DNA from: a phage
Assembly (NCBI GenBank): GCA_012060505.1
Contig: GCA_012060505.1_3027.2
Strand: one strand, 5' to 3'
Length of the DNA: 15,812 bases
Shown here: positions 8,030 to 14,922 of the stretch, one piece after another
How the letters are laid out: every line of letters starts with the position of its first letter
Numbering within the stretch: position 1 is the first letter of the stretch
Program-made: the position numbers and the translations under genes
Notes under the pieces: generated by a model
Database searches by the model: none
What the model saw: the letters and a program-made list of their open reading frames with translations, nothing else
Told to the model about the DNA's origin: nothing

Positions 8030-8487
8030 TCAGCCTTATATTCAATAACAGGACATACTTTAGCTTTACGAGCTTTTAAAAATTCAACGATAATCGATTT
8101 CTTGGGTTGAATAGGAGGTAAACCTTTATACGCCCTATCAATATTTTCTACGTGTAAAGCATAGTCCTTTTTCCATTTATAATCTTTATATTTTTCACGC
8201 AGTTGTGCAGGAATAACAAATGAACCGATAATAAGTAAAACAACCAAAAGCGCAAGTATAAATGCTGATGGAAGCAAAGTCCATAAACTACCGAAAATAA
8301 GCCAACGTTGTAGGCTTTCTGCACAAATAATTGTTAGCCCTATGAGTATAGTACACCCAAAAATAGAAACGAAAAATGTAGGTATGGCAATAGACCAAAA
8401 ATATGCGCATAGTGTCTTAGGTCGTTGCCATTCATCGTTAAACAATTTGAATAATTTATAGTGCCAAGAGTTTTCATTAATAATCAT
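8026..8487 (-). CDS. Predicted multi-pass membrane protein, 153 aa
   Basis: ORF track; ATG 8485-8487 with SD AAAGGA; three long hydrophobic segments. Confidence 0.7.
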   Translation of the reverse strand: MIINENSWHYKLFKLFNDEWQRPKTLCAYFWSIAIPTFFVSIFGCTILIGLTIICAESLQRWLIFGSLWTLLPSAFILALLVVLLIIGSFVIPAQLREKYKDYKWKKDYALHVENIDRAYKGLPPIQPKKSIIVEFLKARKAKVCPVIEYKAE

Positions 8488-8489
8488 AA

Positions 8490-9011
8490 TTATCCTTTCA
8501 TTGAAGGCGTAACGGTTGTTAAATACTTAATCATAGCTTCAGCTTCTGATTTTGATAGTGAAATTTCTTCACCGTTTTGGCGAATAGAAACAAAATCTGG
8601 ATGACGATCACCACCAGCTTTTAAAACACACATATAAGTATCAGCTTCGCCTTCAATATTTGAAATGATTGAAGCAGTTCCACACGAATGTGGTTTTTGA
8701 TAAATCAATACAGCTTTTCTTCCACCATTTGACTGTTCATAGGCTTTTAATACATCAAACAAATCAGTTCTTTTATCAATAGCTAAAATGTTATTTTCAT
8801 CTTCAATGTTAAATCCTTCGGATACTTCATAAAGCGTTACCCATAAATCGCCAATATCAATAACAGCATTTACTTTTCCACGGCTTTCAAGAGTATGACA
8901 AATTTTCTTGATTTCGTCATAACTCATTTTAATAATATCATCTCCTTGACTAAGGAAGATGTCATTTTTAAATTCAACACGAATTAAACCGCTTCCACTT
9001 GAAATAAACAT
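8490..9011 (-). CDS. Hypothetical 173-aa protein, paralog of the next gene
   Basis: ORF track; ATG 9009-9011 with SD GAGGAAAT; C-terminus EAEAMIKYLTTVTPSMKG resembles the C-terminus of the 9018-9560 product. Confidence 0.7.
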   Translation of the reverse strand: MFISSGSGLIRVEFKNDIFLSQGDDIIKMSYDEIKKICHTLESRGKVNAVIDIGDLWVTLYEVSEGFNIEDENNILAIDKRTDLFDVLKAYEQSNGGRKAVLIYQKPHSCGTASIISNIEGEADTYMCVLKAGGDRHPDFVSIRQNGEEISLSKSEAEAMIKYLTTVTPSMKG

Positions 9012-9017
9012 ATTTCC

Positions 9018-9560
9018 TCACTTTGAAATCATAGTTGGAATTACAGAATCAAGATAAGTCTTTAGTGCAATAGCTTCGTCTTTGGTAAATGTGACAATAT
9101 GTGCTCGAGAATCATCAATTTGGCGAACAAGTACGACATCGCCATCTTCATAAGAAGTCTTGACATCCAAAGTCGTAGTATAATTTGCAGCTACTGGATT
9201 AATAATGCTAGCACCGCGATCTTTAGCCCATTGAAGTTTAGCCTTTTCGGGTGTTTCGACTGTTTCAGATTCTAAGAATTCTTTCACCTTGACAACGAAT
9301 GTTGCCCAATTGCTGATAGAAAGACACATAAATTCAGTTTCAATATTACCGCCGTAAAGGCCACGATAAAAACGAACTTGGAGGTCGTCTGTAATATTAG
9401 TTACACCGGTAACTCCTGAGGGAGCATAAGATAAAATCGCAGCCAGTTCCATAGGAAGAATAGTAATACTATCGTCTTCCTGCGTCAGAACGTATACATT
9501 ACCACGTTTTTCGATAACCAGGTCACCGAACAAATCAGTTGTTTCAATTACAGCTTTCAT
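9018..9560 (-). CDS. Hypothetical 180-aa protein, paralog of the previous gene
   Basis: Track ORF begins at a TTG; ATG at 9558-9560 is used instead; C-terminus DEAIALKTYLDSVIPTMISK. Confidence 0.65.
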   Translation of the reverse strand: MKAVIETTDLFGDLVIEKRGNVYVLTQEDDSITILPMELAAILSYAPSGVTGVTNITDDLQVRFYRGLYGGNIETEFMCLSISNWATFVVKVKEFLESETVETPEKAKLQWAKDRGASIINPVAANYTTTLDVKTSYEDGDVVLVRQIDDSRAHIVTFTKDEAIALKTYLDSVIPTMISK

Positions 9561-9561
9561 A

Positions 9562-9747
9562 TTATTTACCAATTAAAGTTTCAATATAAGAATCAAGATT
9601 TACTTTAGCTTCTTCCATAAGAGTTTTGTATTTAATCTTGTTGGCATGTCCGGAGAAAGCTGATTCATCAATAACTGTTGCTGTATGAACAGCTTTGCTA
9701 TATGTTTCAATTAATTCTCTTAATTTAAAAGCCTGCTCACTTGTCAT
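9562..9747 (-). CDS. Small helical protein, 61 aa, member of a ~60-aa paralog family
   Basis: ATG 9745-9747 follows SD AGGAG by 6 nt; N-terminus MTSEQAFKLRELIETYSKAV. Confidence 0.6.
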   Translation of the reverse strand: MTSEQAFKLRELIETYSKAVHTATVIDESAFSGHANKIKYKTLMEEAKVNLDSYIETLIGK

Positions 9748-9851
9748 CACATACTCCTCTGAATCATATCAATAATGTTATTCACCAGATTATAAGTAAA
9801 CATTGGGTAATTATATTGAATCATCACATACACAACAAACAAAACTTTCAT
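9747..9851 (-). CDS. Possible 34-aa hydrophobic micro-protein (below ORF-track threshold)
   Basis: Manual translation MKVLFVVYVMIQYNYPMFTYNLVNNIIDMIQRSM; SD AAGGAG upstream; lies just downstream of promoter 9880-9909; stop overlaps the next start. Confidence 0.35.
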   Translation of the reverse strand: MKVLFVVYVMIQYNYPMFTYNLVNNIIDMIQRSM

Positions 9852-9879
9852 TCTCTTCTCCTTGACAGTTGACAAGATT

Positions 9880-9909
9880 ACTATACCATAACCTTGCCAA
9901 CTTGTAAAC
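9880..9909 (-). promoter_or_regulatory. T4-early-type sigma70 promoter
   Basis: Minus strand: GTTTAC - 18 nt - TATAGT with TGG extended -10. Confidence 0.6.
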
Positions 9910-9911
9910 CA

Positions 9912-10085
9912 TTAAATGGTGTTTTCAATAAAATTCTGAAGCTTTGTGTGAGCATCAACCATGATTTTCATTTCTTCTTTGGCGAAAGCTGTACCTCTTT
10001 CCCGAGAAGAACATTCATAGTCAGAAACTGCATTAGCATATTCTTCAATTAGTTTCATTAAAAACATCTGCTTTTCAGTTTTCAT
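9912..10085 (-). CDS. Small helical protein, 57 aa, paralog-family member (below ORF-track threshold)
   Basis: Manual translation MKTEKQMFLMKLIEEYANAVSDYECSSRERGTAFAKEEMKIMVDAHTKLQNFIENTI; SD AGGTGG; 11-nt overlap with upstream gene. Confidence 0.5.
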   Translation of the reverse strand: MKTEKQMFLMKLIEEYANAVSDYECSSRERGTAFAKEEMKIMVDAHTKLQNFIENTI

Positions 10086-10269
10086 TATTCCACCTAATCA
10101 TTTCAAGATATTGAACTAACTTAGCTTTAGATTTATCCAAATCCTTTTTAGCTGTTTCTATACCGTCGTATGAATATCCTTCACAATGCTCAACTGCTAA
10201 TTGGTATGAATCTATTTCAATATCACGTGCTAATTTAATGATTTTTTCAAACTGTTCACGTGTTAGCAT
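10075..10269 (-). CDS. Small helical protein, 64 aa, paralog-family member
   Basis: ORF track; ATG 10267-10269; N-terminus MLTREQFEKIIKLARDIE. Confidence 0.6.
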   Translation of the reverse strand: MLTREQFEKIIKLARDIEIDSYQLAVEHCEGYSYDGIETAKKDLDKSKAKLVQYLEMIRWNNEN

Positions 10270-10271
10270 AC

Positions 10272-10475
10272 TTAAACTCTCGTATTATGATCAATAATTT
10301 CATCAAGAAACATATCTAACGCTTCTAAAGCATTATCCACTTTAGTTTCAAAGTCTTTAATGCCTTTATTCGAAATACCCGATGAATACCAAGCAAAGTC
10401 AATCAGCTCTTCATCTGCTTTGCGAATTGAAGCCACTAATTCCTTGATTTTATCCGCTTGCTCTACACTAATCAT
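10272..10475 (-). CDS. Small helical protein, 67 aa, paralog-family member
   Basis: ORF track frame; start taken at ATG 10473-10475 (TAATG overlap with upstream stop); N-terminus [18 protein letters not shown]. Confidence 0.6.
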   Translation of the reverse strand: MISVEQADKIKELVASIRKADEELIDFAWYSSGISNKGIKDFETKVDNALEALDMFLDEIIDHNTRV

Positions 10476-10663
10476 TATTCCACCACATATGAAAGAGAGA
10501 ATATTGCACACGCCATATGAGTTGCAACTTCATCACACATATTATAACGTTTCTTAAGAAGTTCTACAAGTTCTTCACTGGTAACTTCATCCATGTCGAC
10601 GAAAAAATCACCATTAATGATGACGTAGATATTTCCTTCTTGATTGAGTGCTTCAATTTTCAT
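10475..10663 (-). CDS. Hypothetical 62-aa protein
   Basis: ORF track frame; start moved to ATG 10661-10663 (SD AGAGGAGA) because the longer track ORF overlaps promoter 10692-10721. Confidence 0.6.
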
Positions 10664-10691
10664 GATGTTCTCCTCTTTATCTAATAGTTGT

Positions 10692-10721
10692 ATAGTATCA
10701 CAGCTCAAACGGAAAGTAAAC
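10692..10721 (-). promoter_or_regulatory. T4-early-type sigma70 promoter
   Basis: Minus strand: GTTTAC - 18 nt - TACTAT; immediately downstream of terminator 10726-10754. Confidence 0.6.
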
Positions 10722-10725
10722 CGGT

Positions 10726-10754
10726 AAAATGAAAAAAGTCTCCCGAAGGAGACT
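10726..10754 (-). terminator. Intrinsic terminator, 7-bp stem with UUCG loop and U-run
   Basis: Minus strand reads AGTCTCC-ttcg-GGAGACT followed by TTTTTTC, 5 nt after the stop of gene 10759-11145. Confidence 0.75.
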
Positions 10755-10758
10755 AATG

Positions 10759-11145
10759 TTATTCGAGGGAAAGAAGATACTTACTCTGGTAAAACATTCC
10801 AGTAATATCATCTATCGTGCTTTGAATGGCTGGAGGCATTTCTTTATAAATGCTGTTAGATTGGTCTAGTATACGATTAATCATTTTAATTGTGTCGGTA
10901 GGAAGTTTACTGGCATCTGGAATTGAAGGTGTGTATTTTCTACCAGAATACCCCAAATATTGCTCACCAAATTTATCAATCAAATCTGGCAACTCGGAAA
11001 AAATAAAATCGTATGCTTTGTGTCTAGCATAACTTTTAGTTTCAAAATGCGCAGAATGAAAATAAGCTTGTGCAGCCATTAATAAACCTAAGTATTCATC
11101 TGCCTTTGAAGGTTTTCCACTTTGTGAAAAGTCACTGAATTTCAT
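10759..11145 (-). CDS. Hypothetical 128-aa protein in the position of T4 rI.-1
   Basis: ORF track; ATG 11143-11145 with SD GGAGA; ATGA overlap with rI stop; name by synteny recall only. Confidence 0.7.
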
Positions 11146-11435
11146 TCAGTCTCCAATTTAATGTTCATAATTCTAGCGTATGATTGTGCCATCTCCGCGC
11201 CTCGTTCTACACATTCAAAATCAGAAGAGCACGGGTCATTTTTATAGGTCGTTCTCATAAAACTATAGAACTGTTCAGATGATTCTACGCTTTTATTTTC
11301 AAAAAGCATATAAACATGTCTAATACCAGATTCCATAAATTTATCAAAATGAGGATCGACATTCGCTTCAATTGGTGGAGATAAAGCAAATGACAATCCT
11401 AGCATGGCAAAAAGTGCCGTTGCTTTTAAGGCCAT
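11142..11435 (-). CDS. rI: Lysis-inhibition regulator rI, 97 aa, N-terminal signal-anchor
   Basis: Translation MALKATALFAMLGLSFALSPPIEANVDPHFDKFMESG... matches my recall of T4 RI in length and sequence; SD AGGAGG; lies next to tk. Confidence 0.8.
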   Translation of the reverse strand: MALKATALFAMLGLSFALSPPIEANVDPHFDKFMESGIRHVYMLFENKSVESSEQFYSFMRTTYKNDPCSSDFECVERGAEMAQSYARIMNIKLETE

Positions 11436-11447
11436 AAAGGCCTCCTA

Positions 11448-11660
11448 TCATTTTTGTCCTGTATTTACTTTATGCCGATGCACGGCCTTAACTTTATCAA
11501 GGTATTTTTCAAAATTTCGCAATCTAGTATAGTCTGCCGGAGATTGGTTGAGTGATACTTCTCGACGCAAAGCTGAAATGATATTTCCAACTTCCCTACG
11601 AATTTCATCTAATTGAAGCACAGTAAGATTGCGAAGTTGCTTTTCAGTTAATTGTAGCAT
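11448..11660 (-). CDS. Hypothetical 70-aa protein in the position of T4 rI.1
   Basis: ORF track; ATG 11658-11660 with SD AAGGGG. Confidence 0.65.
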
Positions 11661-11685
11661 ATATACCCCTTTAGTTAGATAAACC

Positions 11686-11693
11686 TATTTATA
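11686..11693 (-). promoter_or_regulatory. T4 late-promoter box TATAAATA (gp55-type)
   Basis: Exact TATAAATA on the minus strand, about 26 nt upstream of the ATG at 11660, between the tk stop and the rI.1-like start. Confidence 0.45.
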
Positions 11694-11702
11694 ACTTTTG
11701 CA

Positions 11703-12284
11703 CTAACCGAGCTTTTTAGTTAATTCATTCCAATGTTTTCTACACAAAGAAACATAAATTTCATCACCAATACAGATTTGATTACCTTCTTTAACTGGTG
11801 TTCCATCTTCCATTAATCGAGCTGTCATAATCGCTTTTTTGCCGCAATGACAAACTGCCTTTAGTTCAATAAGTTTATCTGCAATCGCTAAAAGTTCTTT
11901 AGAACCTTCAAACAATTTTCCAGCGAAATCAGTCCTTAATCCATAAGCCATAACAGGAACATTATATGTATCAACAATTCGACTTAATTGATGCACCTGT
12001 TCAGTTTTTAAAAATTGGGCTTCATCTACAAATACGCAATGAATATCTTTTTGTGCTTCAGCCCATTTATAGAACTCGAAAATATCCATATCATCTGTAA
12101 TAATATTCGCTTCCTGTTTAATTCCAATGCGAGAAACAACTTCACAGACAGAATCGCGAGTATCAATAGCAGGCTTAAGAACTAATACACTCATTCCACG
12201 TTCTTTATAATTATGTGCAGCAGTCAAAAGAGAAGCAGATTTTCCAGCATTCATTGCTGCATAAGTAAAAATTAAACTCGCCAT
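11703..12284 (-). CDS. tk: Thymidine kinase, 193 aa
   Basis: P-loop AAMNAGKS at the N-terminus, C-terminal Cys cluster (CHCGKK ... CIGDEIYVSLCRKH) typical of type II thymidine kinases; SD AAGGTGA. Confidence 0.93.
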   Translation of the reverse strand: MASLIFTYAAMNAGKSASLLTAAHNYKERGMSVLVLKPAIDTRDSVCEVVSRIGIKQEANIITDDMDIFEFYKWAEAQKDIHCVFVDEAQFLKTEQVHQLSRIVDTYNVPVMAYGLRTDFAGKLFEGSKELLAIADKLIELKAVCHCGKKAIMTARLMEDGTPVKEGNQICIGDEIYVSLCRKHWNELTKKLG

Positions 12285-12293
12285 ATCACCTTC

Positions 12294-12479
12294 TTAAAGC
12301 GTATTCACATAAGCTATTAATTCATTTTCTTTCTTATCAAACCGATCAGCAAATTCTTCCTGCTGTTCGGGAGATAGCGGGCCGTATTCATCATAAAAGG
12401 TGTTTGCTTCTGTATGCTCATCTAGAAGTTCATGGATAAGCTCAAACAATTTATCTTTTTGTTCTTTACTCAGACTCAT
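12294..12479 (-). CDS. Small acidic helical protein, 61 aa, paralog-family member
   Basis: ORF track; ATG 12477-12479; N-terminus MSLSKEQKDKLFELIHELL. Confidence 0.6.
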   Translation of the reverse strand: MSLSKEQKDKLFELIHELLDEHTEANTFYDEYGPLSPEQQEEFADRFDKKENELIAYVNTL

Positions 12480-12649
12480 ATATTAATTTCCAGGAGTTTT
12501 AAAATAATTCGCTTTTGCTTAAATATTTCCATAGTTAAATGACCAGTATCTTTTTGACCGATTCCAATGGCAAAACCTTTATTAACAGCGAGTTCAATTA
12601 AATTATCAAGCTCACGTAACACTTCGTATTGTAACTCAAAACTATTCAT
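12476..12649 (-). CDS. Hypothetical 57-aa protein (below ORF-track threshold)
   Basis: Manual translation MNSFELQYEVLRELDNLIELAVNKGFAIGIGQKDTGHLTMEIFKQKRIILKLLEINI; ATGA overlaps at both ends link it to its neighbours. Confidence 0.5.
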   Translation of the reverse strand: MNSFELQYEVLRELDNLIELAVNKGFAIGIGQKDTGHLTMEIFKQKRIILKLLEINI

Positions 12650-12852
12650 TTTGGTTTACCTTCTTTAACGAAATCAGGATAAGGATAAAATCCTGAATAA
12701 AATCCTTCACCTTTATGATTGATGCATCCTTTATTAGAACAATAGCACCAATAATCGAAATCACAAGCCATTTCATCATTACATAAAGCAAAAACAACCG
12801 GCCACTTACACTTTTCACAATGGGCATTTTTAAGAATACTAGTTTGGCTCAT
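12646..12852 (-). CDS. Small Cys-rich protein, 68 aa, probable zinc binder
   Basis: Start taken at ATG 12850-12852 (ATGA overlap with upstream stop); seven Cys including CEKC and CYC. Confidence 0.6.
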   Translation of the reverse strand: MSQTSILKNAHCEKCKWPVVFALCNDEMACDFDYWCYCSNKGCINHKGEGFYSGFYPYPDFVKEGKPK

Positions 12853-13061
12853 AACCATGTCACCTTCAAGCAATATTCTTCTACATGCTGTTTACGACCT
12901 TTCTTATCAATAAAGGTATATTCAACGAATGTTCCAATGTAGTCTTTATCTACATCATGTGGACTATTAATTGGACGTTTAGTACGGCAAATGCGTTCCC
13001 ATTGACGAATAATTACTGCTTTGTTTTTAGGATCAAACGGATGTGGGTAATGTACTTTCAT
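12849..13061 (-). CDS. Hypothetical 70-aa protein
   Basis: ORF track; ATG 13059-13061 with SD GTGGTGGA; overlaps the 3' end of the macro-domain gene by 29 nt. Confidence 0.5.
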   Translation of the reverse strand: MKVHYPHPFDPKNKAVIIRQWERICRTKRPINSPHDVDKDYIGTFVEYTFIDKKGRKQHVEEYCLKVTWL

Positions 13062-13512
13062 AATCCACCACTATTAAATCAATATCAGGAGTAAACATGT
13101 CGATTAATTTAGAAACTTTATCCCAATCGCCGGCAGCAATACCACAACCTATACGTGGAATGTAAATTACCGGTTTAAACAAAAGGGTTTCTGCCTGTAG
13201 ATTTAATTCTATCATGCAGTTTACTAAAGCACCATAATCAAGATTAGGACCTGGTTCGTATTGCGTATACAAGTTATAACATATGCCAAAACCATTAGGT
13301 TTATGTTTAAAAACAATAGACATATCGCCTAATTTATCACGAGAACCGTACTCAGTTGTGGTCTTATCTATTTCTAAAATTTTGGGGTAGGCTCTTGCTA
13401 ATTGACCCGCTACACCTGAACCCATAGTATGAAAACAGTTACACCCGTGCGCAATAATATTACCTTCAAGAAAGAGGGCGACAATATCGCCCTTGATATA
13501 TTTTACAATCAT
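13033..13512 (-). CDS. Macro-domain-like (ADP-ribose-binding/processing) protein, 159 aa
   Basis: Motifs HGCNCFHTMGSGVAGQLA and PRIGCGIAAGDW resemble the N-x-x-N...GGGV and G-I-x-G loops of macro domains; ATGA overlap with vs stop. Confidence 0.7.
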   Translation of the reverse strand: MIVKYIKGDIVALFLEGNIIAHGCNCFHTMGSGVAGQLARAYPKILEIDKTTTEYGSRDKLGDMSIVFKHKPNGFGICYNLYTQYEPGPNLDYGALVNCMIELNLQAETLLFKPVIYIPRIGCGIAAGDWDKVSKLIDMFTPDIDLIVVDYESTLPTSV

Positions 13513-13856
13513 CTAGTACTCAATCCTCGATTATAAGAATCTACCAAACGGTCAACCATTGAATGACAAGCGGCTTTATCTTTCTCCTCCGCAACTGAAC
13601 ATTCTAAGGTATTCCACTTTTTAGCATATCGTTTTAACAATGTATCATTTTTATATCTGCTTGATTTATCTCTTTCTCCGTCTTTATATGCATATATTAA
13701 TTTCTGCGCAAATTCAGCTTGGCATGCTTTATTTTTCCCACAATAATCTGCTGCAGTGCGGTTCACATACTCCCTAATTTCAGTATATGATGTATCTGCT
13801 GACGCATAAGCAGAAAATGAAATTAATCCTATACATAAAACCAAAATTTTAGTCAT
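13509..13856 (-). CDS. vs: Secreted 115-aa protein in the position of T4 vs (valyl-tRNA synthetase modifier)
   Basis: N-terminal signal peptide MTKILVLCIGLISFSAYASA; length and position between tk block and regB fit T4 vs by recall. Confidence 0.6.
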   Translation of the reverse strand: MTKILVLCIGLISFSAYASADTSYTEIREYVNRTAADYCGKNKACQAEFAQKLIYAYKDGERDKSSRYKNDTLLKRYAKKWNTLECSVAEEKDKAACHSMVDRLVDSYNRGLSTR

Positions 13857-14394
13857 TTACTATTTCCAAAAGTTTATTATTTTTAAGGTAATTAGCCTTT
13901 TCTAGGACTTCAGAAGCATATTTAGAACCTGCTTTAACATTCCATCCCGAATTATAAGAGGATATTGCTTTTCTTATATCACCCTTATGTATATTTAACC
14001 AATAAGAAAGTTCAATGTACGCCCAGGAAGCTGAATTGGATCGTTTATTCAACATTCTTTTTATTTCAGCATCGGTCATATTATAACCAAGTTCCTTAAC
14101 TCTCGCTCGCATAGTAGGCAAATAATTTTGGAACATTCCGTAGGCGTGATGCTTTGGTTTAGATTTTAAATTAACTCCGCCAGAGCTTTCTTGCCATAAA
14201 ATGGCAGCCATTATATGACCTAATCCGCTCTTGTGGATATTTTTGTGTGTTTTATATTTTCCATCCTTAGAAAACTGTTCCCCGAATTGATACGCGTAAC
14301 GCATGTTATCGAGTTGGACATTACTGAAAGTATGCTCGGAGCTATGTGCCATCATTGAAATGGCCAATAGACCAGCGAGTAGTGCTTTTCTCAT
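13849..14394 (-). CDS. Secreted lytic-transglycosylase-like (SLT-domain) protein, 181 aa
   Basis: Signal peptide MRKALLAGLLAISMMAHS; catalytic-region pattern WQESSGG ... AYGMFQ typical of SLT domains; SD GAGGT. Confidence 0.75.
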   Translation of the reverse strand: MRKALLAGLLAISMMAHSSEHTFSNVQLDNMRYAYQFGEQFSKDGKYKTHKNIHKSGLGHIMAAILWQESSGGVNLKSKPKHHAYGMFQNYLPTMRARVKELGYNMTDAEIKRMLNKRSNSASWAYIELSYWLNIHKGDIRKAISSYNSGWNVKAGSKYASEVLEKANYLKNNKLLEIVND

Positions 14395-14401
14395 GCTTAC
14401 C

Positions 14402-14863
14402 TCATTGAGTTTTAATTACTGCTTTAGAAGCCTTTCCTGGTAAACGACGACTGTTGATAATTGCCATCCTGCATTGAAGTGACGGGTTTTTGAACTTCTC
14501 ATTAGGCTTACAAACCGTAAATCCAAGCCAAAGATTTCCATCTGTGATTTCTAAACGTCCAGGACGATATTCAACCCCATCAATAAAATCCTCGTCAATG
14601 TCAGGACGCGGAGGCATACTCAGGAATTCATTAACTTCTAAAACATGGTCTTTTATTTTATGGAATAATTCAAAAACATATGTCTCATCAATCTCCCGTT
14701 GAATTGCACGATCAAGAAGATGCTGAGAATACTTTAGATGAAACGATGAGACCCCTGCTGCTTTTGATACCTCACGAATCTCATTGTTAATTTGACGAAA
14801 CTCCGACTCAAAGTGACGACGAAGCTTATTTCGACGGATAAAAACTTCTGTGTTGATAGTCAT
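14402..14863 (-). CDS. regB: RegB-like sequence-specific endoribonuclease, 153 aa
   Basis: Length 153 aa and position next to vs with its own early promoter match T4 regB by recall; SD GAGGAGAAT. Confidence 0.7.
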   Translation of the reverse strand: MTINTEVFIRRNKLRRHFESEFRQINNEIREVSKAAGVSSFHLKYSQHLLDRAIQREIDETYVFELFHKIKDHVLEVNEFLSMPPRPDIDEDFIDGVEYRPGRLEITDGNLWLGFTVCKPNEKFKNPSLQCRMAIINSRRLPGKASKAVIKTQ

Positions 14864-14890
14864 GTTATTCTCCTCTTAACTGATAGAAAA

Positions 14891-14920
14891 ATTATACCAC
14901 AGTCAAGAGGAAAAGTAAAT
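14891..14920 (-). promoter_or_regulatory. T4-early-type sigma70 promoter upstream of regB
   Basis: Minus strand: ATTTAC - 18 nt - TATAAT with TGG extended -10. Confidence 0.6.
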
Positions 14921-14922
14921 AG

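Noticed and set aside
7034-8110. Several plus-strand ORFs (7034-7264, 7265-7531, 7764-7988, 7895-8110)
   Set aside because: All lie antisense inside the nucleotidyltransferase gene, which has clear motifs and coupling signals; they are most likely chance open frames in AT-rich DNA.
12480-12646. Possible plus-strand MotA-box-like TTGCTTAA motif
   Set aside because: There are no plus-strand genes for it to serve, and the region is better explained by the 57-aa minus-strand ORF.
12642-12827. Alternative minus-strand 61-aa frame
   Set aside because: Overlaps the Cys-rich gene 12646-12852 almost completely; the other frame has the stop-start coupling and the recognisable Cys pattern.
10360-14702. 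Remaining plus-strand ORFs (10360-10557, 10850-11032, 12885-13094, 14490-14702, 14792-15016)
   Set aside because: Each is antisense to a supported minus-strand gene and lacks start signals.
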